From the IMG/VR virus record IMGVR_UViG_2548876963_000010: a stretch of DNA of 35,198 nt; one strand, written 5' to 3'. Below are positions 1 through 8,508 of this stretch, piece by piece. Position numbers and translations under genes: made by a program. This DNA comes from a virus. Lineage: Duplodnaviria; Heunggongvirae; Uroviricota; Caudoviricetes. The notes under the pieces were generated by a model. That model had not been told where the DNA came from. It did not search any database and saw nothing but the letters and a program-made list of their open reading frames with translations. Each line of letters starts with the position of its first letter. Position 1 is the stretch's first letter.

Positions 1-1200
1 ATGCTGACCGATACCAAGCTGAAAAACCTCAAAGCGCGAGAAAAACTTTATAAAGTTGCAGACCGTGATGGGCTGTACGTAACCGTATCTCCCAAGGGAT
101 TGGTGACGTTTCGCTATGACTATCGAATCAATGGTCGTCGTGAAACGTTAACCATTGGCCGCTATGGTGACGGTATTTCTCTGGCGCAGGCGCGTGAAAA
201 ATTAGTAGAAGCCAAAAAACGTGTGAATGCAGGAATATCGCCCGCTGTAGAGAAGCGTGACGGTAAAACAAAGCGAAAAGAAGAAAAGACACTCCACGAT
301 TTTACCGTCAGCTACATGAAACACACCCGGCTGGCGGACAGCACAAGGGCGATGAAACAAAGCATTATCGACAGAGACATCACGCCGGTATGGGGTCGCA
401 AGCTGCTGTCAGAGATAACCCCCTCTCTCCTGCGTGAGTATTGCGACAAGATTAAAGCGCGTGGTGCGCCAGCGACGGCGATTCAGGTTCGCAATATCGT
501 TAGTGCGGTATTTAAGTTCGCCGCACTTCACGGCGACTATTACCCCAATCCTGCCGAAGAGGTTTTACCGGCTTCAATTGCGACATTCGAAGCGCGCGAC
601 AGGGCACTCAAGCCAGAGGAGATAGGCTGGTTTTTCAATCAGCTTGAACAAACGGGTACATTACCCACCATCAAGTTGGCCATTAAATTGGTTTTATTAA
701 CGATGGTGCGTAAAGGCGAATTGCTTAACGCGCCGTGGAGCGAGATTAATTTTAATGCCTGCCTTTGGGCGATTGACGCCAGCCGGATGAAGGGGTCACG
801 AGATCATAATGTTTACCTGTCCCGGCAGGCGCAGGACATTCTGATTGCCCTGAAAATGTGCGCAGGAAGCAGTGATTGGGTTTTACCTTCATGCAATCAG
901 TCGTCGCATAAGACCATGTCGGCGGCGACCTTAAACCGGGTCATTAATCTTACGGTTAAGCAGGCGCAGGAACGGGGGATCAGGCTGGCGTCGTTTTCCG
1001 TTCACGATATGCGCCGAACGGCCTCGACGTTATTACATGAGGCTGGGTTTAATTCCGACTGGATAGAAAAGTGTCTCGCGCACGAGGAAAGAAGCGTCAG
1101 AGCCGTTTATAACAAAGCGGAATACGCAGAACAGCGCCGCGACATGTTGCAGCAATGGGCGGATATGATTGATGGATGGATCAAGCAATACCGCCCGTAA
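1..1200 (+). CDS. int: Tyrosine site-specific integrase, P4-type
   Basis: 399 aa ORF starting at window position 1; N-terminal arm-binding-like region (GLYVTVSPKGLVTFRYDYRINGRRETLTIG) and C-terminal catalytic region with HDMRRT...LAHEERSVRAVYNKAEY (R, H-x-x-R, Tyr nucleophile). Confidence 0.9.
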   Translation: MLTDTKLKNLKAREKLYKVADRDGLYVTVSPKGLVTFRYDYRINGRRETLTIGRYGDGISLAQAREKLVEAKKRVNAGISPAVEKRDGKTKRKEEKTLHDFTVSYMKHTRLADSTRAMKQSIIDRDITPVWGRKLLSEITPSLLREYCDKIKARGAPATAIQVRNIVSAVFKFAALHGDYYPNPAEEVLPASIATFEARDRALKPEEIGWFFNQLEQTGTLPTIKLAIKLVLLTMVRKGELLNAPWSEINFNACLWAIDASRMKGSRDHNVYLSRQAQDILIALKMCAGSSDWVLPSCNQSSHKTMSAATLNRVINLTVKQAQERGIRLASFSVHDMRRTASTLLHEAGFNSDWIEKCLAHEERSVRAVYNKAEYAEQRRDMLQQWADMIDGWIKQYRP

Positions 1201-1203
1201 GTA

Positions 1204-1470
1204 CTATGCCGGGATCTTGGTGCCAGAGCGCTTTGGGGCTTTGGCCAGATTCTTCTGTACCGCGTTATCAATATGGTGATGGTTATTTTCCTGCCGTGCC
1301 TTGAGCCAGCGTTCCACTTCCTCTTTGTCCCACGCGACGGCGCGCTTTGTCAGCGCAAAACGTTTGGGAAACAGGCCTTTTTGCTCCAACGCATAAATCG
1401 TACTTTCAGAGAGTGGCACCATCTGTAAAAGCACGTTTTTTCTAATGGCAATTTTCATTGTTTTCCCCAT
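1204..1470 (-). CDS. alpA: AlpA-family small DNA-binding regulator (putative excisionase-like)
   Basis: 88 aa ORF convergent with int; helix-turn-helix-like core LLQMVPLSESTIYALEQKGLFPKRFALTKRAVAWDKEEVERWL typical of AlpA/phage transcriptional regulators; true start may be the internal Met (MKIAIRK, ~1458). Confidence 0.7.
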   Translation of the reverse strand: MGKTMKIAIRKNVLLQMVPLSESTIYALEQKGLFPKRFALTKRAVAWDKEEVERWLKARQENNHHHIDNAVQKNLAKAPKRSGTKIPA

Positions 1471-1819
1471 GCCGTTCGGCGTTCAGGTGTTGCCACTGCG
1501 CTGCAATCCGCTTCATCACCGCATTTCCCTCCGGGATCACCTCCTGCGGTTCTTTCATCAACATTACCCGCCCCTGGATAACGATCAGCGCCTGTTCCAG
1601 CAGGTCATAGTCCAGATAACAGAGGTCGGGAATATCCAGTTGCCACACGTAGCCATTCCATGCAGAAAGCAGTACCTGCGCAGCCGCGCGTCCACCGCTG
1701 GTTTCTGTGATCGCAACGTCGACAAGGGCATTGACAGCAAGGCGGTATTCCTCTGGCGTTACGCAAAGTCTTTGTCGTTGGGTTTCTTGCGTTGCCAGAG
1801 CCTTAAATATTTCGTTCAT
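1442..1819 (-). CDS. Hypothetical protein (125 aa) between alpA and primase
   Basis: Intact ORF in same orientation and operon position as flanking early genes; no motif recognised. Confidence 0.5.
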   Translation of the reverse strand: MNEIFKALATQETQRQRLCVTPEEYRLAVNALVDVAITETSGGRAAAQVLLSAWNGYVWQLDIPDLCYLDYDLLEQALIVIQGRVMLMKEPQEVIPEGNAVMKRIAAQWQHLNAERHGENNENCH

Positions 1820-1828
1820 AACATTTCC

Positions 1829-4483
1829 TTATCGTTGAAAAACCCAACACTTCACCGTCGCCGGGCGGCGCGGTGCGGCAGGGTAACGGCGGTTAAATTC
1901 AGCGTTGATGCCGCTGTTAACCGTTCTGACTTCAATAAACTTGTGGGTACGGCTGGTTTTTAGCACTCGCTTCAAATCGCTGATCGGCGGGATCTGCTGG
2001 CGGCGCTCGGTAGCCAGTTGAATAAAGTGGTTAAGGTTAACGGCGATAAGCTGTTCATCGCGCGAGTGGTTGAGCTGTGGTTCGTCGTCGCCATCGAGGA
2101 AGTCGAAAATATCCCAGAACTCCTGCACCAGAGGATGGTCGGCGCTGATGGCCTGTTGGCGCTCCAGACTGAGGCGGATAAACATTTCTCTGGTCGCCTG
2201 TAGCTGCTCTTCCGTGACCGGAATAACCAGCGCCAGCGCGTCGAGCAACGCCATAAGCTGGGCGTGGTTTTTAATGATGCGGATATGGCGAATATCTGGG
2301 TGGGAGTGAAGCTGCTGCTCATATAGCGGGATCTGCCGGTTAACGCACCCCAGCACGGCCTGTTCTGCCAGCGCTGCTTTCAGCATAAAGCCAGAAAGCT
2401 GTTCCACCGGCAGGCGTTCGAGCTGCTCGGCGGCGACCTTGGTCTGGGTATTCTGACCGCTGCGGTCGGTGTACAGGTGAATAATACGTTCCAGCACCGG
2501 GTTAGAGGCGCTGACGTCGGCGTTTTGCGCAATTACAATCGCGCCCCGGAACGGCGGTTCATAGGTCTCGTTACCGCTGTTACGCAGACCGCGAGAACGT
2601 ACCGACCGCCCGTTGTAGGCGGTTTTCAGCTCTTCCCAATCAAAGCCGCGCTGTTTTGCACCCTCCTGATTACGGTCACCCTCGATCAGCACTACCGGCA
2701 TATTCGCCACCTGCGCAAAGTTGCGCGCGCGGGCGGCCAGCGTTGATTTAGACGGATCGAAACCTTCATAGTCGCGTCGGCCCAACAGTTTCCAGAGGAA
2801 CTCTATCAGCGTGGTTTTACCGCTGCCGGGTTCGCCGACGATTTCCAGAAACGGAAAGCTCTTATGCTTGTCGCGGATCTGTTCGGCAAACATCGTCCCA
2901 AACCAGAACGCCAGCGCCACAAACCCCTTTGCGCCAAACGCCTGCCAGAGTAGCTGGGGCCACTGGCTGTCCATCTGTTTTAAATTGTCGTTCAGCGTCA
3001 GGCTGACCGACTGGTTCAGGCTTTTAAGGCTGAGTTTGCCCATGTCGAAGAAGTCTTCTTCGTTGAGTGCGTACAGCCGACCATCGCGAACGGCCAGATC
3101 GTTGAACACGTAAGCGCGGTATTCTTTGCTATAGCCGATAAAATCGGTGGTCTGGACGGTTTTGATTTTGGGAAGTTGCTTGAGCAGCAGCTTATCTAAC
3201 TGCTGACTAGTGCCAGTAAAGATGCCGCCCTGTGCGATATGCAGCAGGCGCTTTTTGAATTCTGAGCCGCTGGAAAGTTGGGAGCCGGTGAAGGTGTTTT
3301 TTATCGGCGGCGTGTCGTCCGGGAAGTTAATGCGAAAGTAATACCAGCTTTCGTCGGTGATGGTGTTGGCCTGATAGTAGAGGGCGGTCGGGTAGCAGTT
3401 GGCGATCTCCACCACGGCGGACGACTCTTTCAGCGCCTTCTGTTTCAGCTCTTCTTCGCTCAGGTCGTCATTAGAGAATGAGATACTTTCATGCACCCGC
3501 ATATAGCGGTCAATATCCAGCTTGAACCAGAACAGGCGGCTGTCAAACTCGAAGTGGAACTCTTTACGCTCTGTCTGTTCGTGCATCAGCAGGGCTTTGG
3601 CGGCGGGAGAGGTGGCGATCAGCAGAGAGCCGTAGTAGTGGTATTTCTTCACTAGCTCTGGGTTAAGCCGGTCGCGCTGGTGCAAATCGTTCCAGTCCAG
3701 CTTGCTGCGGGAATGCGGCGTCTGTGCGGCGGCTGCGCTCCAGCCTTCGTCCCGGCTGCGCTTTACCCATCGCCGGGTATAGCTCATGCCCGCCTTGTCG
3801 TTATCCAGCGCCCAGACCAGTAAAGGGCGCTTTTTATCCACGAACAGAGCGGCCAGTTGACTTAACGCCTGCGCCGGATAGTTGTTGCAGGTCATCAGGG
3901 AAACGGCGGCGATGCCGTGGTGATGCAAGGCTATGGCGTCAAAAATGCCTTCAACCAGCCAGATCTCCTGCTGTTCTTCCAGCTTCAGCGTTGGCAATTG
4001 CCACCATAGCCCGCTGTAAGCGCCGTGAAAGTTGGCTTTGCGATCGCCGAAACGCTGTGGGCGGTCAACGATTCGCTCCCACCACACGCCGTCAGCCAGC
4101 GGGAAACGCACGGTGGCCGAGCCGATATCGCGCCGTGCGTCGTAGTAGTTCTCTTGAGCGTAACAGTCACGGATCAGCGAAAGGTCAAAGCCGCGCATCT
4201 CGCGCAGGTAGGCATCGGCGGCGGCCTGTGGGTTTTCCGGGGTTGGGGGATATCTGTCTGACCAGCTTTCAAATAGATCCGGGTACACCTCTTTGATATG
4301 GATTTCGGCATTGCATTTATTCAGGCGACCGCAGCGCAGTACCCACGGGCTGATGGCGTTGGTGTACAGCTCTTTTTTCTGGCAGTCCGGGCAGACGCCC
4401 TGCCGCAGCCAGTCGCCCTGTTCTTTAAAGGAAAAATCGGCTAGCAGTCGCCGCGTAATTTCCTGATGAAGTTGTGGTTGCAT
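1829..4483 (-). CDS. Primase-helicase replication protein (P4 alpha-like)
   Basis: 884 aa; N-terminal zinc-finger CPDCQKK...CGRLNKC, Toprim-like acidic motifs (WLVEGIFDAIAL, ALDNDKAG), C-terminal Walker A GEPGSGKT and Walker B-like VVLIEGD. Confidence 0.85.
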   Translation of the reverse strand: MQPQLHQEITRRLLADFSFKEQGDWLRQGVCPDCQKKELYTNAISPWVLRCGRLNKCNAEIHIKEVYPDLFESWSDRYPPTPENPQAAADAYLREMRGFDLSLIRDCYAQENYYDARRDIGSATVRFPLADGVWWERIVDRPQRFGDRKANFHGAYSGLWWQLPTLKLEEQQEIWLVEGIFDAIALHHHGIAAVSLMTCNNYPAQALSQLAALFVDKKRPLLVWALDNDKAGMSYTRRWVKRSRDEGWSAAAAQTPHSRSKLDWNDLHQRDRLNPELVKKYHYYGSLLIATSPAAKALLMHEQTERKEFHFEFDSRLFWFKLDIDRYMRVHESISFSNDDLSEEELKQKALKESSAVVEIANCYPTALYYQANTITDESWYYFRINFPDDTPPIKNTFTGSQLSSGSEFKKRLLHIAQGGIFTGTSQQLDKLLLKQLPKIKTVQTTDFIGYSKEYRAYVFNDLAVRDGRLYALNEEDFFDMGKLSLKSLNQSVSLTLNDNLKQMDSQWPQLLWQAFGAKGFVALAFWFGTMFAEQIRDKHKSFPFLEIVGEPGSGKTTLIEFLWKLLGRRDYEGFDPSKSTLAARARNFAQVANMPVVLIEGDRNQEGAKQRGFDWEELKTAYNGRSVRSRGLRNSGNETYEPPFRGAIVIAQNADVSASNPVLERIIHLYTDRSGQNTQTKVAAEQLERLPVEQLSGFMLKAALAEQAVLGCVNRQIPLYEQQLHSHPDIRHIRIIKNHAQLMALLDALALVIPVTEEQLQATREMFIRLSLERQQAISADHPLVQEFWDIFDFLDGDDEPQLNHSRDEQLIAVNLNHFIQLATERRQQIPPISDLKRVLKTSRTHKFIEVRTVNSGINAEFNRRYPAAPRRPATVKCWVFQR

Positions 4484-4571
4484 TGCCAGTACCTTTATTC
4501 AGGTAATACTTACCCGTCGCATAGACACGTTGTTTATGCGTTGTGGTTGTGAGTCTTTTATTTACTGAGCG

Positions 4572-4802
4572 TTACGCGATTTTCTGCTTTTGCAGAAATT
4601 GCCCGCGTGTGGATAGCGGTATGTGTATCTTAGGATTCGGGCAACCGCTGGGTACTACCGTTCCCATCACGGTCTCCATCGCGATAAATGAAAACGAACA
4701 GTTAACGTTCTTGCACTGGTAATAGAGCTTACGTACCAGCGGTGACATATATTCGCTGCTGCGAATTATCGCCTTACCGTCGCAGTGTGGGCATTTCATC
4801 AT
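4572..4802 (-). CDS. ogr: Ogr/Delta-family zinc-finger late transcription activator
   Basis: MMKCPHCDGKA...YYQCKNVNCSFSF matches the C-x2-C...C-x4-C Ogr zinc-finger pattern (P2 Ogr has CPLCQH...HQCQNVNCSATF); strong RBS TAAGGAGA 6 nt upstream of ATG at 4802; the listed ORF start at 4820 is a GTG inside the RBS. Confidence 0.85.
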   Translation of the reverse strand: MMKCPHCDGKAIIRSSEYMSPLVRKLYYQCKNVNCSFSFIAMETVMGTVVPSGCPNPKIHIPLSTRGQFLQKQKIA

Positions 4803-4838
4803 GTCCGATCTCCTTACCACTTTTAACTAACTGAAACA

Positions 4839-5045
4839 CTAACGCTTTTCGTTAACGGACTGACGAAATAGTGTGATGCCGTTCAAAAAAATGATTCTTG
4901 CCATGCTGGACATCGAACGGTTCTGCTCCAGCGCTAATGCTTCCAGTTCCGCGATTTCAGCGGGGAGCAGACGCATTGCCACCGGTTTGTTCGACATCAC
5001 CCCGCGGGGTGCTCGTGAGCGTAAGACGTTCTCATTTGTTTTCAT
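4839..5045 (-). CDS. Small ribbon-helix-helix-like protein, putative Cox-like early regulator
   Basis: 68 aa ORF divergent from XRE gene; segment VAMRLLPAEIAELEALALEQNRSMSSMARIIFLNGI has beta-strand/helix/helix pattern of Arc/CopG family; start uncertain (5045 or internal Met at ~4997). Confidence 0.5.
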   Translation of the reverse strand: MKTNENVLRSRAPRGVMSNKPVAMRLLPAEIAELEALALEQNRSMSSMARIIFLNGITLFRQSVNEKR

Positions 5046-5125
5046 GGTGGTATATTGTGGTTATTAACATTACACAATCTATAATTCCCTCAACTGAGTG
5101 AATTGTCAATGGTAATTATATCCAA

Positions 5126-5464
5126 ATGAAAGAATTTGGCATCCGTTTGAAGGAAGAACGTATCCGACTTGGACTTGATCAAGACGGCTTTGGACAACTT
5201 GGGGGCGTGAAGAAAAACGCACAAAGCAACTATGAGAATGGGTTGCGTAAGCCGGACAGTGACTATCTTGCTGGCATAGCGGCAGCGGGAGTTGATGTTC
5301 TGTATGTTCTAACAGGCAACCGCACGCCTGTAGTTACGTTGTCCAGTAAAGAGAGTGTGTTGGTGGAAAACTATCGTTCTGCTACGCCAGAACACCAGTC
5401 CACCCTTGACACGGTTAGCGCTGCGCTTGCGCAACCGGGAGTAGGGAAAGCAGCTAAGGGATAA
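5126..5464 (+). CDS. XRE-family helix-turn-helix regulator, putative immunity repressor (C-like)
   Basis: 112 aa; N-terminal HTH-like region with QSNYENGLRKPDSDYLAGIAAAGVDVLYVLTG; divergent arrangement with RHH gene across an 80-bp AT-rich switch region. Confidence 0.7.
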   Translation: MKEFGIRLKEERIRLGLDQDGFGQLGGVKKNAQSNYENGLRKPDSDYLAGIAAAGVDVLYVLTGNRTPVVTLSSKESVLVENYRSATPEHQSTLDTVSAALAQPGVGKAAKG

Positions 5465-5504
5465 CGAGTAGAATGAATTTGGTTATTGTCTGTATGGAGG
5501 CAAA

Positions 5505-6077
5505 ATGAAGTTGAATAATCTGGTTGCTCTTTACAGGAACATGACAGAGCAAAAATTGGATAGGGTTAAATTCCCATACAGACACAATAATTTACATTTT
5601 GATGTATTTTTCTTTATTGATGGAAAACCGTTTGAGCTTCTTTTCGGAGCATTAGGCGCTAATCTTTGCTTTCGTCTAAAAGTCGAGAAGGGATTCGTCA
5701 TAAATCCTAATCTGGGAAGTGAGACTTATAAAGAATTATGCAAGGCTCTAGGTTTGAAATATGACCCTGCCAATCCATTTAGAACAAGTAAGTTTTTTGA
5801 AGATTTTGATGGGAAAATCCCTCCATCGGTTACTGTTAAGAATAAGGCAAAATATACTGATATTGCTGTGCATGTCAGGGATGTTGAAGAAGCAGACAGA
5901 ATATATTTCTGTGGATGGAAAAACAACAATGAAGAAAAGAGTCATGTTACTGAAGATAATTTAAAGAAAACGAAAGAGTTTTTAGGGTATCAGGCTTTTC
6001 TTGTTTGTAAGGAAAAGAATATTAGCAGTAGATGGACTGATTTAGAAAATAAAGCGAAAGATTTTTATTTACCATAG
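5505..6077 (+). CDS. Hypothetical protein (190 aa), first gene of AT-rich cargo cassette
   Basis: ORF with GGAGG RBS 8 nt upstream; markedly AT-rich codon usage compared with flanking phage genes; no motif recognised. Confidence 0.6.
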   Translation: MKLNNLVALYRNMTEQKLDRVKFPYRHNNLHFDVFFFIDGKPFELLFGALGANLCFRLKVEKGFVINPNLGSETYKELCKALGLKYDPANPFRTSKFFEDFDGKIPPSVTVKNKAKYTDIAVHVRDVEEADRIYFCGWKNNNEEKSHVTEDNLKKTKEFLGYQAFLVCKEKNISSRWTDLENKAKDFYLP

Positions 6078-6091
6078 GATTGTGAGGTTAT

Positions 6092-7240
6092 ATGTCTGAT
6101 ATTTCATTAGGGTGCGTGGTTGTTCATAGGTTGATAAAAGAGCAACATAAAGATTTCGATCACTCAAAACCATATAGTCGCCGTGATACGGTTCTTGACC
6201 GAAATAATGAAATCGTAATTAAACTAGTGTCCAGTATAGCCGCATTGTATGGTAAAAAATCTAATAGCTCGCATTATGGTATATTTAATTTAGATGAAAC
6301 ACGTAGGGGGCCTTTTCCAGCGGCATTTGATAAATATCGGAATGATACATCCAAGAAGTTAGACGATGAATTGTTTATAGGATTATCAAAAAATGTTATG
6401 CATCAGTTATATATTGAGGCAAAGGATCGACCTGCTGCATCAGGAGGATTACTTCTTTTTGCTGATTATATCAGTAAATCCGTGCGTTACTTTCTTATTG
6501 CAATGATTAAGCAAAAGGAAGGTATAGTTATTAGTGATAAATTAGAACCAAAGGAGTTAGAGCATCTTGATCTGGCAAAACTAAATCAGGCGGCACGAAT
6601 AAACTATGATTTGTATGATAAATATATTTCCGCTGATGAGAATGAAAGACAGGATGTTAATTATTTAAGTTTTGTTAGTCCCAGTTCTAACCAGACAACT
6701 TCAGGGTATTTCATTACTGCCTTAGGTTGTGATAAAGGTAATACATCAACTAAAGCTACGAGTAATTTAATTAATGAATCTTTTAACTTCTTCAGAAATC
6801 ATCAAGAATTAAAGGATAATGCCCGTAAATTTAAAAATGAAATTATTGAGTATTTATTCGATTGTTCTGAGAATAACATTTCAGCTAAGCTCTCTGTTGT
6901 TAGTGAGATGGCAGCGAAGCATATGGTTAATTTAGAAGATGACATTAAAGATAAATTGTCAGAAGAATTATATGCTCATTTGAATAGTGAAAGTATTCGT
7001 GTGCCTGTGGAATTTAGGGTAAGCAAATCAGTAGTTAAGAAAAACAGAAATATTAAATATACAAGTGATAATGTTAATTTTGAGTTTAAATCTAGTTTAC
7101 TAGGCAATACGCTTGATAATGAGATATGCTATAATAAGAAAACTGGACATTTAACTTTTACTCGGATTACTCCTGAGAAAAAAAGTGAAATAGCTCAATT
7201 GCTTGATGAGTTAATAAAAGAAAGAAATAGCGAAAAATAA
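6092..7240 (+). CDS. YejK/NdpA-like (nucleoid-associated protein family) protein, 382 aa
   Basis: N-terminal VVVHRLIKEQHK (cf. E. coli YejK ALHQLIKRDEQ, recalled from memory), SIAALYGKKSNSSHYGIF (cf. ELHRVYSAKNKAYGLF) and ASGGLLLFADYISKSVRYFLIAMI (cf. [24 protein letters not shown]); RBS GTGAGG upstream. Confidence 0.6.
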   Translation: MSDISLGCVVVHRLIKEQHKDFDHSKPYSRRDTVLDRNNEIVIKLVSSIAALYGKKSNSSHYGIFNLDETRRGPFPAAFDKYRNDTSKKLDDELFIGLSKNVMHQLYIEAKDRPAASGGLLLFADYISKSVRYFLIAMIKQKEGIVISDKLEPKELEHLDLAKLNQAARINYDLYDKYISADENERQDVNYLSFVSPSSNQTTSGYFITALGCDKGNTSTKATSNLINESFNFFRNHQELKDNARKFKNEIIEYLFDCSENNISAKLSVVSEMAAKHMVNLEDDIKDKLSEELYAHLNSESIRVPVEFRVSKSVVKKNRNIKYTSDNVNFEFKSSLLGNTLDNEICYNKKTGHLTFTRITPEKKSEIAQLLDELIKERNSEK

Positions 7241-7251
7241 GGTTGCTTAAT

Positions 7252-8508
7252 ATGTCATGTTTTGAAACGGTTGTTGAGCTTTTCAGATATGTAGGGCGTC
7301 CTAAATTTGATGCTATTAATAATCGTTTTTCAGCAACTATTTCTTATGATGCTCATATATATGAACTCTTAGTTTCTTTGCAACCTCATACCGCGTGGGG
7401 AGAAATTGAAGAGATTGTCATTGATGATGTGGATATAGATGTTGATGATAGCCTTCCCGCTAAAGGAACATCAATAACACTGACAATCTCTATATCAACT
7501 GGAGCCAGTGAGTCATTTTTTATCGATATTAAAGATCTAATTCAAAAGTCTCCGATGTTAAATAGAGGTATTTTAAGAAAGTCTTTTTACTTGGTTGAGG
7601 AAGATTTTTATTTTAATGAAGGAATGGTTGAGGGATTAGCAAAAATACCAGAACTATCTGTTTTAAAAAATCTTTGTGATTTTATTTTATGTCTATCAAA
7701 AGTTGCACACTACAGCAATAGTAAAAGTGATGATGTATGCCATAAGTTAGTTTTCTTGAAAAATACTAATGCTAAGTCATTACCTTTAATTATTGAAACT
7801 AATGTTGATTATTCACTTCTTTTAACAGGTATTAAGGATTTAAAAATCATCGAATCTTTTTCTGATGAAAAAAAAGCTATAACGGATGATAATTATTTTG
7901 AGCGAAAAGGGATTTTCATTAATACGGTGGTCGATTTTCTTGAATCAATCGATGTAAAGAAACAGTTTCATTTTTTATTCTGTGAGTGGGATGAATTTCT
8001 AAAACTATACCATAATAACCTCGGTGTATATCTTAGTGGTTTTTCATTTCATAAAGTAAGAAAGGAAGTGGCAGAGGCAGAAGCTAATTTAGCTGAGCGT
8101 TTTTCAAAAATAATGTCAGACATGATAGCTAAGCTTTTAGGTATTCCTGTTTCTTTGGTTGCTACTTTTGGCATGATAAAATTAAATACCCTGCCGGAAA
8201 TGTTAGTGGTTTTTTTAGGTGTATTGCTCACGTCGATAATTATGTTTTTTATTGTAAGAAGTCAATACACACAGTTTAGGATGATTTGTGATGCTAAAGA
8301 TATTATATTTTCCCCATTAGTGAAAAAATCTGTAGGTTATACAGAAGATTTGAAAAAATTAGTATGCAATGCAAAGGATAATTTAGACAAAAATCAGGTC
8401 ATGTTAAATCGTTACCTTCTTTTCTTTCAATGCTTATGCTGGATTCCGACAGCCTTAGGTGGTGGAATGATCTTAATGGCTATTATGGTTCATTTAGGAT
8501 TACTATAA
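7252..8508 (+). CDS. Hypothetical protein (418 aa) with C-terminal transmembrane helices
   Basis: ATG at 7252 (listed ORF starts at a TTG at 7243); hydrophobic stretches IPVSLVATFGMIKL...MLVVFLGVLLTSIIMFFIV and YLLFFQCLCWIPTALGGGMILMAIMVHLGLL at the C-terminus; AT-rich. Confidence 0.6.
   Translation: MSCFETVVELFRYVGRPKFDAINNRFSATISYDAHIYELLVSLQPHTAWGEIEEIVIDDVDIDVDDSLPAKGTSITLTISISTGASESFFIDIKDLIQKSPMLNRGILRKSFYLVEEDFYFNEGMVEGLAKIPELSVLKNLCDFILCLSKVAHYSNSKSDDVCHKLVFLKNTNAKSLPLIIETNVDYSLLLTGIKDLKIIESFSDEKKAITDDNYFERKGIFINTVVDFLESIDVKKQFHFLFCEWDEFLKLYHNNLGVYLSGFSFHKVRKEVAEAEANLAERFSKIMSDMIAKLLGIPVSLVATFGMIKLNTLPEMLVVFLGVLLTSIIMFFIVRSQYTQFRMICDAKDIIFSPLVKKSVGYTEDLKKLVCNAKDNLDKNQVMLNRYLLFFQCLCWIPTALGGGMILMAIMVHLGLL

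Noticed and set aside
434-625. 63-aa plus-strand ORF inside the integrase gene
   Set aside because: Embedded in a different frame of a well-supported 399-aa integrase ORF; Arg-rich off-frame artifact
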